Shown here piece by piece: positions 19,663 to 29,639 of a stretch of 64,000 nucleotides of DNA. The notes under the pieces were generated by a model that saw only the letters and a program-made list of their open reading frames with translations, had not been told where the DNA came from and did no database searches. Source of the stretch: a virus (lineage: Duplodnaviria; Heunggongvirae; Uroviricota; Caudoviricetes); IMG/VR virus record IMGVR_UViG_3300037461_001229, positions 1 through 64,000 of that record. One strand, given 5' to 3'. Positions within the stretch are counted from its first letter, which is position 1; each line of letters opens with the position of its first letter. Position numbers and translations under genes: made by a program.

Positions 19663-20498
19663 TGTTCTATAGATTTAAACGCATCTTCTACTAGCTCCAT
19701 TTCCTGTTCTATAATATGACCAATGGCATAATAGCCAATAGGGTCTTCGTTTTCCCGAAAATATTGCGCCACGATCTCGTTTCGATAACCTGTCTCCTTC
19801 ATGCGTTCATAGGCCGCCCCTTCTTGATGTTCACGGAACCTGTGTGTATTTACTTCCAGTAGATAGGGCCTATTCTCCCTCACGCGCCCTATCGCCTCTT
19901 TCGCTGCCGTATTCACCTCAACTACATTCTGACCATCAACCTCCCAATAGTCCATCCTATAGGCCGAAGTGAATTCTTCCAGATTAATATGGGTTGTATT
20001 GATAGTAGTCACGGCTACATGATTGTTTTCTAAAACAAAAAGAACTGGCAATCCCCATCTAGATGAAATATTCATACACTCATGGAATGTTCCCTCATTG
20101 ACTGCTCCATCTCCAAAGAAGACACAAACCACCCGATTTTCTTTCTTAAACTTAGAGGCATATGCCATCCCGCAGGCGAGAGAAAGTCCAGACCCGACGA
20201 TTGCGGTAGATAAGATAAACCCAAGAGAGGGGTCATTGACATGCATTGATCCTACACCATGAACTATCTGGCGTACAAGTCTCTTCAGGTCGGTACCGCG
20301 GGCTATGATATGACCATGAGACCGGTGGTTGCCTATAATATAATCATCTTTTCCCAAGGCGGAACAAACTCCGACAGAAACAGCCTCCTGTCCTATACAT
20401 GAATGAACCGGACCTTTTATTAATCCCTTTAATTTATATTCAGAAACCTTTTCTTCAAATAGTCGTATCCGAACCATCATCCTTAATAAATCATTCAT
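19659..20498 (-). CDS. TPP-dependent dehydrogenase E1 alpha subunit (acetoin/pyruvate dehydrogenase E1-like)
   Basis: LLRMMVRIRLFEEKVSEYKLKGLIKGPVHSCIGQEAVSVG ... GDGAVNEG ... NN, a TPP-binding motif (GDG...N). Confidence 0.7.
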   Translation of the reverse strand: MNDLLRMMVRIRLFEEKVSEYKLKGLIKGPVHSCIGQEAVSVGVCSALGKDDYIIGNHRSHGHIIARGTDLKRLVRQIVHGVGSMHVNDPSLGFILSTAIVGSGLSLACGMAYASKFKKENRVVCVFFGDGAVNEGTFHECMNISSRWGLPVLFVLENNHVAVTTINTTHINLEEFTSAYRMDYWEVDGQNVVEVNTAAKEAIGRVRENRPYLLEVNTHRFREHQEGAAYERMKETGYRNEIVAQYFRENEDPIGYYAIGHIIEQEMELVEDAFKSIEQ

Positions 20499-21157
20499 AT
20501 AAGCGTATATTTAGTTAACATAGTTCTGATGTCTCCCGGGCTGTGATTCATAATAACGTCTATGATAGATAAGTTAGGCAGATTTTCATCAGACTTCAAG
20601 AAAAATAAATCTATCCCCTGTTGTTTAAATTCCTCCTTGTCATATAAAGACTGGCCACCTATAGCATTAACATAAGATGTAGCCTTAAGACGCTTACAGA
20701 TATCTATAACCTTATCTTTCCCATGCAGGGAACAGTCCTTTTCTATTTTTGAGGAGATGATAAAGTTAATATCAATACCTAAATATCCGAAAAGAATCTG
20801 GTGTGTCTGAAGTATGTAGTTAAAGAGATTATCGCATTGAGAATGGAATATCTCATAAATAACCCAATGTGCTTGTTCAAAATAAGGATGATTAGAATAT
20901 GCCTGCACAAACGTCTTATACAACTTTTGCCTATTTGCGCCCACCTCTATCTCATTTATCTTCTTAAAAGAGCTTACTCCACGCAACTCAAGAGTAAATC
21001 TATAATTATTCCTATTAAGCTGTATATTATTCCTATTTATCCAACCCTGCTTAATGTAAGTAACATCATCATAATAAACAAAAGTATCTACTGCTTTCAT
21101 TAATTGAAAGTATCCCAGGTAGGGAAGAAAATATGGTTGCATTATACCCAGCCTCAT
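20495..21157 (-). CDS. WbqC-like family protein
   Basis: N-terminus MRLGIMQPYFLPYLGYFQLM is the hallmark WbqC-family start. Confidence 0.65.
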   Translation of the reverse strand: MRLGIMQPYFLPYLGYFQLMKAVDTFVYYDDVTYIKQGWINRNNIQLNRNNYRFTLELRGVSSFKKINEIEVGANRQKLYKTFVQAYSNHPYFEQAHWVIYEIFHSQCDNLFNYILQTHQILFGYLGIDINFIISSKIEKDCSLHGKDKVIDICKRLKATSYVNAIGGQSLYDKEEFKQQGIDLFFLKSDENLPNLSIIDVIMNHSPGDIRTMLTKYTLI

Positions 21158-21780
21158 GTCTTATATACTGGGAATTTAGACAGGTCTGGATATGGTAATT
21201 CTATGTCTTCCATATCTCTCTTAGTTCCATCCTGGTTATAAAACCCAAGCATCTGCTGTAGTCCTATAGCGGCCAGAATATGAGGGAGATAATAATTATG
21301 GCCTAACATATCAAGATTATCATCATGATACGAGCATTCCCTCCTCCCACTATAACGAAATCTCTTAAGCCATAAATAGGCAGTATAATCATCGGTAAGT
21401 ATAGCACCTCCCTTGCCTATCTTAAGGCGCTTCCATTGTCCCGTGAAAGACAAGCACATGAATGTACCAGGGATATACATATCGGCGGTAAATCTAAGCG
21501 CCGAATCCCATACCCGAGTTGGTTTTAATTGATATGCACCTTTTAGTAATCGCGGGGATGGCTCAAAGACAACCTTTCCTCCAGCCCATATTATTTCGCA
21601 GGGCACGGAAGGATATGTATGGGAAGGAATGGTTATTTCCTTGCCCTTTATATCCTCATACATCAATGCCATAAAAAGAGCATTGCTCTGATTATCTACG
21701 GTCACACAATAAGGAGCCCCGGTGTAGTCCGAGATCATCTCCTCAAATGCTTTGGTTATGTCATGTGGATTCATGGGCAA
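21154..21780 (-). CDS. DegT/DnrJ/EryC1/StrS-like aminotransferase, compact form
   Basis: FTGQWKRLKIGKGGAILTDD matches the PLP-lysine region (F..H..K....GEGG...T.D); only 208 aa so possibly truncated. Confidence 0.45.
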   Translation of the reverse strand: MPMNPHDITKAFEEMISDYTGAPYCVTVDNQSNALFMALMYEDIKGKEITIPSHTYPSVPCEIIWAGGKVVFEPSPRLLKGAYQLKPTRVWDSALRFTADMYIPGTFMCLSFTGQWKRLKIGKGGAILTDDYTAYLWLKRFRYSGRRECSYHDDNLDMLGHNYYLPHILAAIGLQQMLGFYNQDGTKRDMEDIELPYPDLSKFPVYKT

Positions 21781-22364
21781 TATTTTTTATAATTCACCAA
21801 AATTGTGCTAACATCCGATCTGGTACAGGTGTCACTTTTATACTGCCTCTGTGAGCATAGGATCGGCCATGTGACAAAGACATTATAATTAGGCATTATC
21901 TTTTCGCTAAGGAACACGTCCCATTTACCTATCTCATCACGATCCTCGGCATTTAGTATGTCATTTATTACTGTACTATGCGGGTTCCACATAATAGCAT
22001 GAGTAGTCCATGCTTTAGACAGCCTATAGAGATGAGGAGAATATCTTTGCTGTGGCCCTTGCGGGCTCGCTCCAAGGTATAGGACATCCCAGTTTTTGGG
22101 CAGTTCCTCCATGGCAAAGAGCAAGAAATCAGTAAACTCCTCCCTATTATAAAGGAATATCACATCGTCTTCATAGACTACGCTTATCTCTTTTGTGATG
22201 TAGATATTCATAAGGCACTTAAGGTGACTCTGACGACAGCCCACCCATCCCGGCTTAGTGACATAAGCGGATATGCGCTTTACAGTTATCCCCATCCTCT
22301 CAAACTCGTTAAGGACATTTATCTGTCTTTCGAGCCTATCGTCCCGATTAATACAATAATTCAT
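21771..22364 (-). CDS. glycosyltransferase family 25 (LPS/LOS-type)
   Basis: MNYCINRDDRLERQ...; VGCRQSHLKCL and VYEDDVIF motifs as in Lic2A/LgtB-type GT25 enzymes. Confidence 0.65.
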   Translation of the reverse strand: MNYCINRDDRLERQINVLNEFERMGITVKRISAYVTKPGWVGCRQSHLKCLMNIYITKEISVVYEDDVIFLYNREEFTDFLLFAMEELPKNWDVLYLGASPQGPQQRYSPHLYRLSKAWTTHAIMWNPHSTVINDILNAEDRDEIGKWDVFLSEKIMPNYNVFVTWPILCSQRQYKSDTCTRSDVSTILVNYKKYCP

Positions 22365-22436
22365 GATCCAAATGTAAAAAACATTTTTAACAAATCCAAA
22401 TATTTCCCTATCTTTGTTGCATAAAAAACAAGAAAA

Positions 22437-22742
22437 ATGTCAGAAAGAATAGGCGCAACAAAATTATTAGTTAAAGAACTGCCAAAGAAAGAAGAAGTAC
22501 GTGCCAGTGGTCTTATTGTCCCCAACCAGGTTAAAGGAGAACCATCTGCCCTTAGTGTTGTGGTGATGACCGGAAAAGGTACTGCCGCACTACCCATGGA
22601 TGTTAATGTTGGTGATAAGGTGCTCCATAGCCCGCATGCCATACTTAAAGTTGTCATCCCAGACCGGGAGGAGACTAAAGACTTACCGTTTTCGGGCGAA
22701 CTAGGTCTTCTGGACTTGAAGGATGCGCTTCTGGTCTTTTAA
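22437..22742 (+). CDS. groES: co-chaperonin GroES homologue
   Basis: KLLVKELPKKEEVRASGLIVPNQVKGEPSALSVVVMTGKG...VNVGDKVLHSP aligns with GroES mobile loop, G-I-V-P, VVAVG-G and VKVGD-VLF blocks. Confidence 0.6.
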   Translation: MSERIGATKLLVKELPKKEEVRASGLIVPNQVKGEPSALSVVVMTGKGTAALPMDVNVGDKVLHSPHAILKVVIPDREETKDLPFSGELGLLDLKDALLVF

Positions 22743-23013
22743 GTGCCCAGTACCTGAAGTTTAATTGGGTTACCCGATCAAACAATCCTTTCATTAATGT
22801 AAAGCGTTCCTGAAGATTCTTATCAGGGTGTTCCCCCTTTGATAAGAGTTCCAGGGTTTCTTTATCTAATGAGGCAAACTCATTACCCTGCATCAGCTTC
22901 CTGAACGGGGTATGCTTATCGATATATTGAAACTCCTTGGTGATGCGCTTCATCTCCCTGCGTCTTTCTGGCCTTGTCATATCTTTGAAACTATTATATT
23001 TATACCGCCCCAT
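22675..23013 (-). CDS. hypothetical protein
   Basis: 112-aa basic ORF. Confidence 0.25.
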   Translation of the reverse strand: MGRYKYNSFKDMTRPERRREMKRITKEFQYIDKHTPFRKLMQGNEFASLDKETLELLSKGEHPDKNLQERFTLMKGLFDRVTQLNFRYWALKRPEAHPSSPEDLVRPKTVSL

Positions 23014-23140
23014 AGAGGAATGGGAGATTCCACTATACGCATAATAAGAGCATCTCTCTTTTGCTTATAGAGCTCCTTGTTTCTAAGGGCATCCTTATGC
23101 TGTGCCTTGGCGATCTTAATTAGTTCTCTTTCTCTTATTG

Positions 23141-23461
23141 TCATTTTAATATGTCTGATAGGTTAAATGATTTCTCTTCTTTTAATGCCCAGCCATAGCG
23201 GTCTGGACGTGGCTCACCATTATTCGGATTATGGAGATTGGGATTCCATTTCTCGTTATAATAAATTTCCACCATATGCTGGTATGTGCCTGATCTTATG
23301 AATTCTGATTTGTAATGACGCTGTAGCAGGCCAAGCATGTCTATAAAAAAGTCAAACTCGCCATAGTACCATGCATCCAGGCAGAACTGATAATACCCTT
23401 CCCTAAGATAATGCCGGAAGGCTGATCTAAGATGAAACTTGCTTTTATAAGGTATCCTCAC
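23141..23461 (-). CDS. hypothetical protein
   Basis: 106-aa ORF. Confidence 0.25.
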   Translation of the reverse strand: MRIPYKSKFHLRSAFRHYLREGYYQFCLDAWYYGEFDFFIDMLGLLQRHYKSEFIRSGTYQHMVEIYYNEKWNPNLHNPNNGEPRPDRYGWALKEEKSFNLSDILK

Positions 23462-23829
23462 ATCTCAAGGTATTGGTCTATTATCTCTCTTGCTTGGTCA
23501 AAGCCTATTGCGAATTGAGCCTCGTAACCGCGCTCACGGAGCATCTTAAGACACTCGGCCTGTTCAGCTATATGTGGAGTAGCCGGACTGCCGTCTTTCT
23601 TGTAGATGCGCTCCCCGTCGCGCTTAAGCTCAATAAACAGGGCATTCCAACCACACCTGGCCTCATAGATAACTATATCCGGGAATCCCTGATTTGACCT
23701 CAATCTCTTTGCCTGGGTAGCCTGCCCAATGGTAAGCCTGATCCCGGACATGTCTGAGTTAAACAGGACCTTGGGATACTGGAGCCGGATATAGTCACAG
23801 ACCGATTTATGCAATGATTTTTCACTCAT
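23458..23829 (-). CDS. VRR-NUC domain nuclease
   Basis: LHKSVCDYIRLQYPKVLFNSDMSG ... GFPDIVIYEARCGWNALFIELKRDGE, with PD..(D/E)xK core matching VRR-NUC. Confidence 0.65.
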   Translation of the reverse strand: MSEKSLHKSVCDYIRLQYPKVLFNSDMSGIRLTIGQATQAKRLRSNQGFPDIVIYEARCGWNALFIELKRDGERIYKKDGSPATPHIAEQAECLKMLRERGYEAQFAIGFDQAREIIDQYLEM

Positions 23830-23991
23830 CTTCTGCCATTAAGACATCACATAAAGCCAGTTCATCTATGACATCAAAGTCATCTAACATCACGACCTCG
23901 AAATTATCCTTGAGATCGTCATTTACGGTCCATGCCTTGCGTGCCTGTTTTCTTTGTTTGGTAACTTGCTTGGTTTTCATAATTTTAAGCA

Positions 23992-24405
23992 TTAAAATCC
24001 ATTATAATTATCTTTAATTCTATTTGTTCCGATCCTGTCCTGAGTAAAATCATAACTCATGAAGCGCCTTTCTTTATTATCCCGAATAAAATGGCTTAGT
24101 TGCCCCCTGGCCACATCATAAACGAAATCTATAAAACAAGCTTTCCCTGATCTCTGCCACGATACATCCTCGCTGATTATTTTCTCCATAACCATCATGG
24201 CAAAATCAGAAGATTCAAGTCCCTGTAGAGATTTAGTCTTGAACCTTAATTTTGTTCTATAGTAATCATTAATTCTTCTGTAGACATGCAGGGCGTTCCA
24301 ATATTCCAGCTCTTCATGGACGGTAGTCTTATTGGGATTAGGCTTTAACGGTATGCCATTCCTCCCAATACTGCCCTGCCTGAAAAATAAACTACGCATT
24401 TTCAT
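23992..24405 (-). CDS. hypothetical protein
   Basis: 137-aa ORF. Confidence 0.25.
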   Translation of the reverse strand: MKMRSLFFRQGSIGRNGIPLKPNPNKTTVHEELEYWNALHVYRRINDYYRTKLRFKTKSLQGLESSDFAMMVMEKIISEDVSWQRSGKACFIDFVYDVARGQLSHFIRDNKERRFMSYDFTQDRIGTNRIKDNYNGF

Positions 24406-24612
24406 TTATTTTGATAGTATCCAATAAATTGCCTTTAATTCCTCAAGTGTAAAACACCCATATTCCTCAGACACGCCATCAGTTCTATGGAGAAACATTC
24501 CAAAGTCTTCTTTCCCTAGTCTGACTATCTCCAGGGTATCTCCTGTCTCGCCAATGCTAGCCTTAGCGTGGTCAAAGTCTTTATTGATAGCGAAGCTCAT
24601 TTTGTCCGTGTA

Positions 24613-24909
24613 TTATCGTTTACTGTCGTATTCTTTTCCATTATCTTCATAGACGAGTATTCCTCCGGCCCAAAGTACCTTACGTCCACGTACCTCTGTG
24701 ATCTCTGGCAGGGGTTCCTTTTCCTCGAATGATTTAATATCTCTTGCCCGCAGGTGGAAAACCTTTCGCATTGTTGATTTGAATGTGATCTCGTCCTTTT
24801 CATCGTCTATACACTTTATCTTCCCGTGGAGCTGTTTGAGTTCTGATGTTTTGCCAAATGTTATCAAACCAAACTTCCCCTCTAATTGTACCAGTTCTTT
24901 TAATTTCAT
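24613..24909 (-). CDS. hypothetical protein
   Basis: 98-aa ORF; overlapping 24597..24803 alternative frame judged less likely. Confidence 0.25.
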   Translation of the reverse strand: MKLKELVQLEGKFGLITFGKTSELKQLHGKIKCIDDEKDEITFKSTMRKVFHLRARDIKSFEEKEPLPEITEVRGRKVLWAGGILVYEDNGKEYDSKR

Positions 24910-24913
24910 CTAT

Positions 24914-25225
24914 TTATAAAAATTCCCAACATTCTGAAAGGGGCATTGAATCAATGTTTTCCGGCATAGCCCCGCTAGTCCTTAAGAATATACCCAACTC
25001 GCTGGCATACCAAGCCACGATTGTAAAAATAAACTCAGACACATACTCATAAGGTCTCCCGGATATTGACTCGGTATCGTATATTTTCTTATGAGCTTCA
25101 TGTAATCTGAGTTTATTTTCTTTTGTAGGTGCCAGGCCAGTCTTTTCGCAAGCATCATTAAGGATCAGTCCCCAATATACTTTTAATAAAAAATAAGTAT
25201 CCCGGTTATCTGCTTGCGAGCTCAT
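24914..25225 (-). CDS. hypothetical protein
   Basis: 103-aa ORF. Confidence 0.25.
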   Translation of the reverse strand: MSSQADNRDTYFLLKVYWGLILNDACEKTGLAPTKENKLRLHEAHKKIYDTESISGRPYEYVSEFIFTIVAWYASELGIFLRTSGAMPENIDSMPLSECWEFL

Positions 25226-25661
25226 CGATTACTCCCTCCAGAACGGTTCTCCATTCCTTATGCCTCTCAATAGCTTTCAGGGTGTCAATCTTGTCATTAA
25301 AGAAAGCCTCAAGGATAACCTCGGCGAGCCTGATGCTTGCTTCCACCTTGAGCTCAAAGACCTTATCTTTCGGAACCTCTTTCTCTGTATTAACAGGAAA
25401 TTGCTGGAGCGGGACAGGGGTAAATGTTGGCACAGATTGACTAACGGGAGTCTTCGCTACCTTCTGGAGCGTGACCAGGTTCGAATGCCTTCCTTTACCT
25501 TTACTCACATAATCTACCACTTGGGAGGATACTTCATCCCCGACCTGTAGGCCGGGTGTAGATTCTTTTTGTAAATACCCACTAACGCCATTATCAAGTT
25601 CAACCGTAGTGCTTGGGTTCCCATCAAACATCTTTGTTTCTAATTTAATAATCTTTGCCAT
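25206..25661 (-). CDS. hypothetical protein
   Basis: 151-aa ORF. Confidence 0.25.
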   Translation of the reverse strand: MAKIIKLETKMFDGNPSTTVELDNGVSGYLQKESTPGLQVGDEVSSQVVDYVSKGKGRHSNLVTLQKVAKTPVSQSVPTFTPVPLQQFPVNTEKEVPKDKVFELKVEASIRLAEVILEAFFNDKIDTLKAIERHKEWRTVLEGVIDELASR

Positions 25662-25731
25662 TTCTTCTTATTTTTAGTTTATGATTTAAAAGTCAAATAT
25701 AAAATATGTTTTTGACATTACCAAATTTATT

Positions 25732-26286
25732 TTAAAGTATTTCGTCATCATCCCATAATTTTGGGTGTAGTGGTTTACTCTTGTCGGCCATCCTCATTAC
25801 CTTATTATAACTAGCCTCGTCCTTAGCCTTTAATCTTACGAGAAAGTCCGGCCACCAGGGCTGAACCCTTAACTGGTCGTAGGTCATGCGCCCATGGAAT
25901 ACCTTACCATGATTGCCCTGTCTGGTCAAAATCCAGAATTCCTTATCTAGATAATAATCCCCGGTTCTCCCCCTGAGATGATGAATAGTCCAATGACCGT
26001 CTATAGTATCATCAAAGGGCTCCTTCGTTATAAAACAATAGAACGTGCCATTATCCTTGCATTCTTGGACAAACATCTTAATCTGATCCAGATATCGGAT
26101 GTGTTCTTTCTTACGCTTATCTGACTCCGGTTTAATCTTGCGAGGTCTTGCCTTATAGAGATCACCTCCGCGGCGATGCCTTTGGTATTGATGATACCGA
26201 CAATATGAGTGTGAGAAAACAGGCCGATCACACTCAGGAAAGCTACAGGTCTTCATCTCGATAGAATATCTATTATCTGCCCACAA
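25732..26286 (-). CDS. HNH-type endonuclease-like protein with N-terminal zinc finger
   Basis: CSFPECDRPVFSHSYCRYHQYQRH plus WTIHHLRGRTG...NHGKVFHG (H-H...N...H). Confidence 0.45.
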   Translation of the reverse strand: MWADNRYSIEMKTCSFPECDRPVFSHSYCRYHQYQRHRRGGDLYKARPRKIKPESDKRKKEHIRYLDQIKMFVQECKDNGTFYCFITKEPFDDTIDGHWTIHHLRGRTGDYYLDKEFWILTRQGNHGKVFHGRMTYDQLRVQPWWPDFLVRLKAKDEASYNKVMRMADKSKPLHPKLWDDDEIL

Positions 26287-26451
26287 AGATAGACCCCCGC
26301 TAAAGATATCATACCTATAACCGTTAACAGGCAGATCGCATTTATTATTATTCTTTTTTTCATGATGTTTTACTTATATCTGCTCAAATAGAGTGATTAA
26401 AGTAGGATTGTTACTTATACCCGGTAGTTAGGCGCAAAACCGAAATAAAAA

Positions 26452-26742
26452 TTAGCTTGCGCTTTCGTTTAATATAGACAGTGCTTGGTCAATCGCTTTC
26501 TCAATATCATAATGATAAACTCGATAAAATCCAACGGGAGTATTGGGATAGAACTGAATCTCAATAATAGTATCTGTCTCTACCATCTTATTAAACACAT
26601 CCTCGTCAATTTCTTCTCTAAAATCAGCATCTGGGCCACTATTGAATTTTTCCCTTACTGTCTCATAACAGTTCCGGTGTTCATTAACACTAATTGTTAC
26701 AGACGCCTTACATTTCGTTATTAATTCTTTCATCTTTTCCAT
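26452..26742 (-). CDS. hypothetical protein
   Basis: 96-aa acidic ORF. Confidence 0.25.
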   Translation of the reverse strand: MEKMKELITKCKASVTISVNEHRNCYETVREKFNSGPDADFREEIDEDVFNKMVETDTIIEIQFYPNTPVGFYRVYHYDIEKAIDQALSILNESAS

Positions 26743-26763
26743 TGTCCGTTAGCAACAATGCCA

Positions 26764-27003
26764 CTAACCCTGTATCTTATGTTCTGTAGGGATTATGTGC
26801 ATAGGTATTATCATTGCCCCACCGCACAAATTACAGGTTTGTAGTCCGCTACTAATCGAAGTAGGTGAGCCATTCCAATTTTGGACCATTACTGTACCAT
26901 CTCCACCGCACTTTGGACATAGTTGATAAGGCACAGTTGCTAACACAGTATAACCGCAATTGGCGGGTTTCTGCGTTTTTGATACTTTTGTTTTCTTTTC
27001 CAT
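26764..27003 (-). CDS. small zinc-ribbon protein
   Basis: CPKCGGDG...CNLCGG. Confidence 0.3.
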   Translation of the reverse strand: MEKKTKVSKTQKPANCGYTVLATVPYQLCPKCGGDGTVMVQNWNGSPTSISSGLQTCNLCGGAMIIPMHIIPTEHKIQG

Positions 27004-27057
27004 CTCTACCTGTATTTTGAAAGTTATTACTATTTAATCGCCAACTGGCGGTTATAC

Positions 27058-27429
27058 TCAGCCGTTAGGTTGCATACTCGCCCTCGCTATTTTTTGCAGA
27101 TTTACCTTGCTCTCTTGCCCCTGAGTGAGTTCATCGGCAATCTTATCAAAACGTCTTATTTGCGCTGCTATTTCATAAGTTGTATAATGAGCAGTAGAAT
27201 AACCAAGATGTTTATTTAATACCTTAATTATTCTCTCCCTATTGAGTTGTGTCTCGGAAATAGGCTGAAGATACCAGTCGTAAACACCATTACCAATAAT
27301 TAAATCATTTAATGTGCATTGTATTAAACTAATTTTACTCATTACTGAATGTGCAAAATATACCCCTTCTTCTTTTGGCAAATCCGCTTCTGAGCGGATG
27401 TAAACCTTTTTAAATAATTCTGTTTTCAT
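27058..27429 (-). CDS. hypothetical protein
   Basis: 123-aa ORF. Confidence 0.25.
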   Translation of the reverse strand: MKTELFKKVYIRSEADLPKEEGVYFAHSVMSKISLIQCTLNDLIIGNGVYDWYLQPISETQLNRERIIKVLNKHLGYSTAHYTTYEIAAQIRRFDKIADELTQGQESKVNLQKIARASMQPNG

Positions 27430-27750
27430 ATCTTTTTAGCTTAATAAACAAACCATTAAAAACAACAGCAAGCCAATTAACTCAAGTATGTAATAGAGCT
27501 TTTTCATGGCTTAATTGAATTTTATTTGTCCTTTGCTCCATGCTTCAAATTCACTTTTTAATGGGTCTTCCCCGCTAAAGAGATGATCAATAATACTCTG
27601 GGAGGCATCCACTACATATGGATTTTTAATATCCTCCCCATAGGCTGATAATAGCTTCAGGAATATCTCCAAGTCTTTTGTATTGACCCCTATTGTGTCG
27701 TTTATTAGTTTCATAATGCGAATATAAATTAAATGTTTGACAATTCCAAA

Positions 27751-28197
27751 TTATTTGACAATATTTTTAAGTTTTGTGATATAGCCCTTATCCTCAGCAT
27801 ACCCTATCTGGTGCAGGAAGGCGTAATAATCACCCCCGCTATAGTACAAGTCCTGCCATAATTTATAATCCCTTATACAGTCCTCATAAGAACTATAGAG
27901 GGCATGATTGTTTTGTGATCCTATGGCAGTAGTCTCCCTTAGCGGGGCATAGCGCATGCCAAAGAGGTTTTTATTGAGCCTGTAGAGATCGCTTTTTAAC
28001 CATCCTGTTTCTAAGATGATCTGTGACCGGACAATAGCCGGATGCATTATCTGGTATTTATGCATCAGAATCTCAATATCCTGCCAATCCAAATACAGGA
28101 TCGCACCTGATTCTTTAATAGGGATAGTCCTGAATTCTGGTGCGAATCCCGCTATAGGGGTCAGGCTAAAAATAAGTAGTAGTAATAGCTTTTTCAT
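27751..28197 (-). CDS. secreted glucosaminidase-family peptidoglycan hydrolase (endolysin)
   Basis: signal peptide MKKLLLLLIFSLTPIAG; AIVRSQIILETGWLKSDLYRLNKNLFGM matches the mannosyl-glycoprotein endo-beta-N-acetylglucosaminidase/FlgJ-type catalytic block (Q..LE(S/T)GW....N.FG). Confidence 0.7.
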   Translation of the reverse strand: MKKLLLLLIFSLTPIAGFAPEFRTIPIKESGAILYLDWQDIEILMHKYQIMHPAIVRSQIILETGWLKSDLYRLNKNLFGMRYAPLRETTAIGSQNNHALYSSYEDCIRDYKLWQDLYYSGGDYYAFLHQIGYAEDKGYITKLKNIVK

Positions 28198-28597
28198 GGT
28201 TTTTAGTGATTTCTGATTGATTTAAGCCTATCTATAGGCAGGGAGGTATTTATCTCCCCCAGTTGCACCCATAGATTCAACTACCCGATAATAAACACTC
28301 CTTTTTGCTTATCATAGGTGACATTTTCGCTCATTAGATACTCAGCTACTTTAGCTATTGTCTCCGGTGAGGCATTGCAGATTAATTCAGTCAGGCAGAT
28401 TAATTCAGTCAGGTTATAGGTCATTTGTTCAATGTCCATCTGATCCGGTGAGTTGTCTGGCTCTGTTGATTGCGGACTCATACGATAACCGCCCATAGTA
28501 CCACCAGTTTTGGTGGTGATCTTAGTTTTGATGTTATTAGATACTGTTCTCATTGCTTTGTGTATTTATGTGATTTGACAAATATAGTTATTTAATG

Positions 28598-29620
28598 CTA
28601 TTCAGCAACAATAAACTTACCGCCCTGTAGTTTATACCATGTATCAGCTTTGAGTTTTTTACCGTCTATTTTAGCGGTTTTGACGGTTTTTAAAATCCAC
28701 TCATTATCACAATATTCCAATTCAGATAGGGTGATATAAGAATTTAGGGATGCTCTCGCCTTACTATCTACGCCAAAAGCCACAGCAAGAGAGTCCCTGC
28801 CTGATGTCTCGGCCAGACCCCCGTACCCTGAGTTAGAGGCCAGACCCCTGTCCCCTGAGTTAGAGGCCAGACCATAGTTCCCTGAGTTAGAGGCCAGACC
28901 ACTGTACCCTGAGTTAGAGGCCAGACCATAGTTCCCTGAGTTAGAGGCCAGACCACTGTCCCCTGAGTTAGAGGCCAGACCATAGTCCCCTGAGTTAGAG
29001 GCCAGACCACTGTACCCTGAGTTAGAGGCCAGACCATAGTCCCCTGAGTTAGAGGCCAGACCATTGTACCCTGAGTTAGAGGCCAGACCCCTGTCCCCTG
29101 AGTTAGAGGCCAGACCATAGTCCCCTGAGTTAGAGGCCAGACCATAGTTCCCTGAGTTAGAGGCCAAACCCCTGTACCCTAAGTTAGAGGCCAAACCCCT
29201 GTACCCTGAGTTAGAGGCCAAACCCCTGTACCCTGAGTTAGAGGCCAGACCCCTGTCCCCTGAGTTAGAAACCCTCTTAACACCCCTTCTCTTAAAAACA
29301 GCCTCAATGGCTAGTTTACAGAATTCTCCTATCCCGACCCTTGCACCTATCTTAATTTTAGAGACAGCAATCTTACTGTCTTTGTTATCAGTATCAGCCT
29401 CGCCAAAGCCTTCTACTAGATGAAATACACTATCGGACGGATAGTAGTATCTTAAAACATCTAATGGCTCGGTACAGAAGTGAAAGCCATTTTTCGTACA
29501 TCTTACTGGTTTTTCATCGGTCTCGTATGTCTTACCTTCCTCATACTGAAACCCCTTACAGGTCATACCCTTATTAAAGGCCTTTACGCCTGTGATTACT
29601 TTTTCTGTTGATTTTTTCAT
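28598..29620 (-). CDS. tandem 9-aa repeat protein, 18 x S-G-[DYN]-[RYNSG]-G-L-A-S-N
   Basis: translation shows 18 consecutive near-identical nonapeptides between a Cys-containing N-terminal domain (KGMTCKGFQYEEGKTYETDEKPVRCTKNGFHFC) and a C-terminal domain; start trimmed to internal MKKSTEKV. Confidence 0.55.
   Translation of the reverse strand: MKKSTEKVITGVKAFNKGMTCKGFQYEEGKTYETDEKPVRCTKNGFHFCTEPLDVLRYYYPSDSVFHLVEGFGEADTDNKDSKIAVSKIKIGARVGIGEFCKLAIEAVFKRRGVKRVSNSGDRGLASNSGYRGLASNSGYRGLASNLGYRGLASNSGNYGLASNSGDYGLASNSGDRGLASNSGYNGLASNSGDYGLASNSGYSGLASNSGDYGLASNSGDSGLASNSGNYGLASNSGYSGLASNSGNYGLASNSGDRGLASNSGYGGLAETSGRDSLAVAFGVDSKARASLNSYITLSELEYCDNEWILKTVKTAKIDGKKLKADTWYKLQGGKFIVAE
28795..29270. 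repeat. 27-bp tandem direct repeat array (~18 copies, consensus cctgagttagaggccagaccNNNgtNc)
   Basis: direct reading of sequence; period 27, variation confined to about 4-5 nt per unit. Confidence 0.9.
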
Positions 29621-29639
29621 AATGATAATATTTAAGTGA

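Noticed and set aside
28795-29270. 27-bp tandem repeats could be mistaken for a CRISPR array
   Set aside because: The units are contiguous with no spacers. They are in frame inside a long ORF and translate to a regular nonapeptide repeat.
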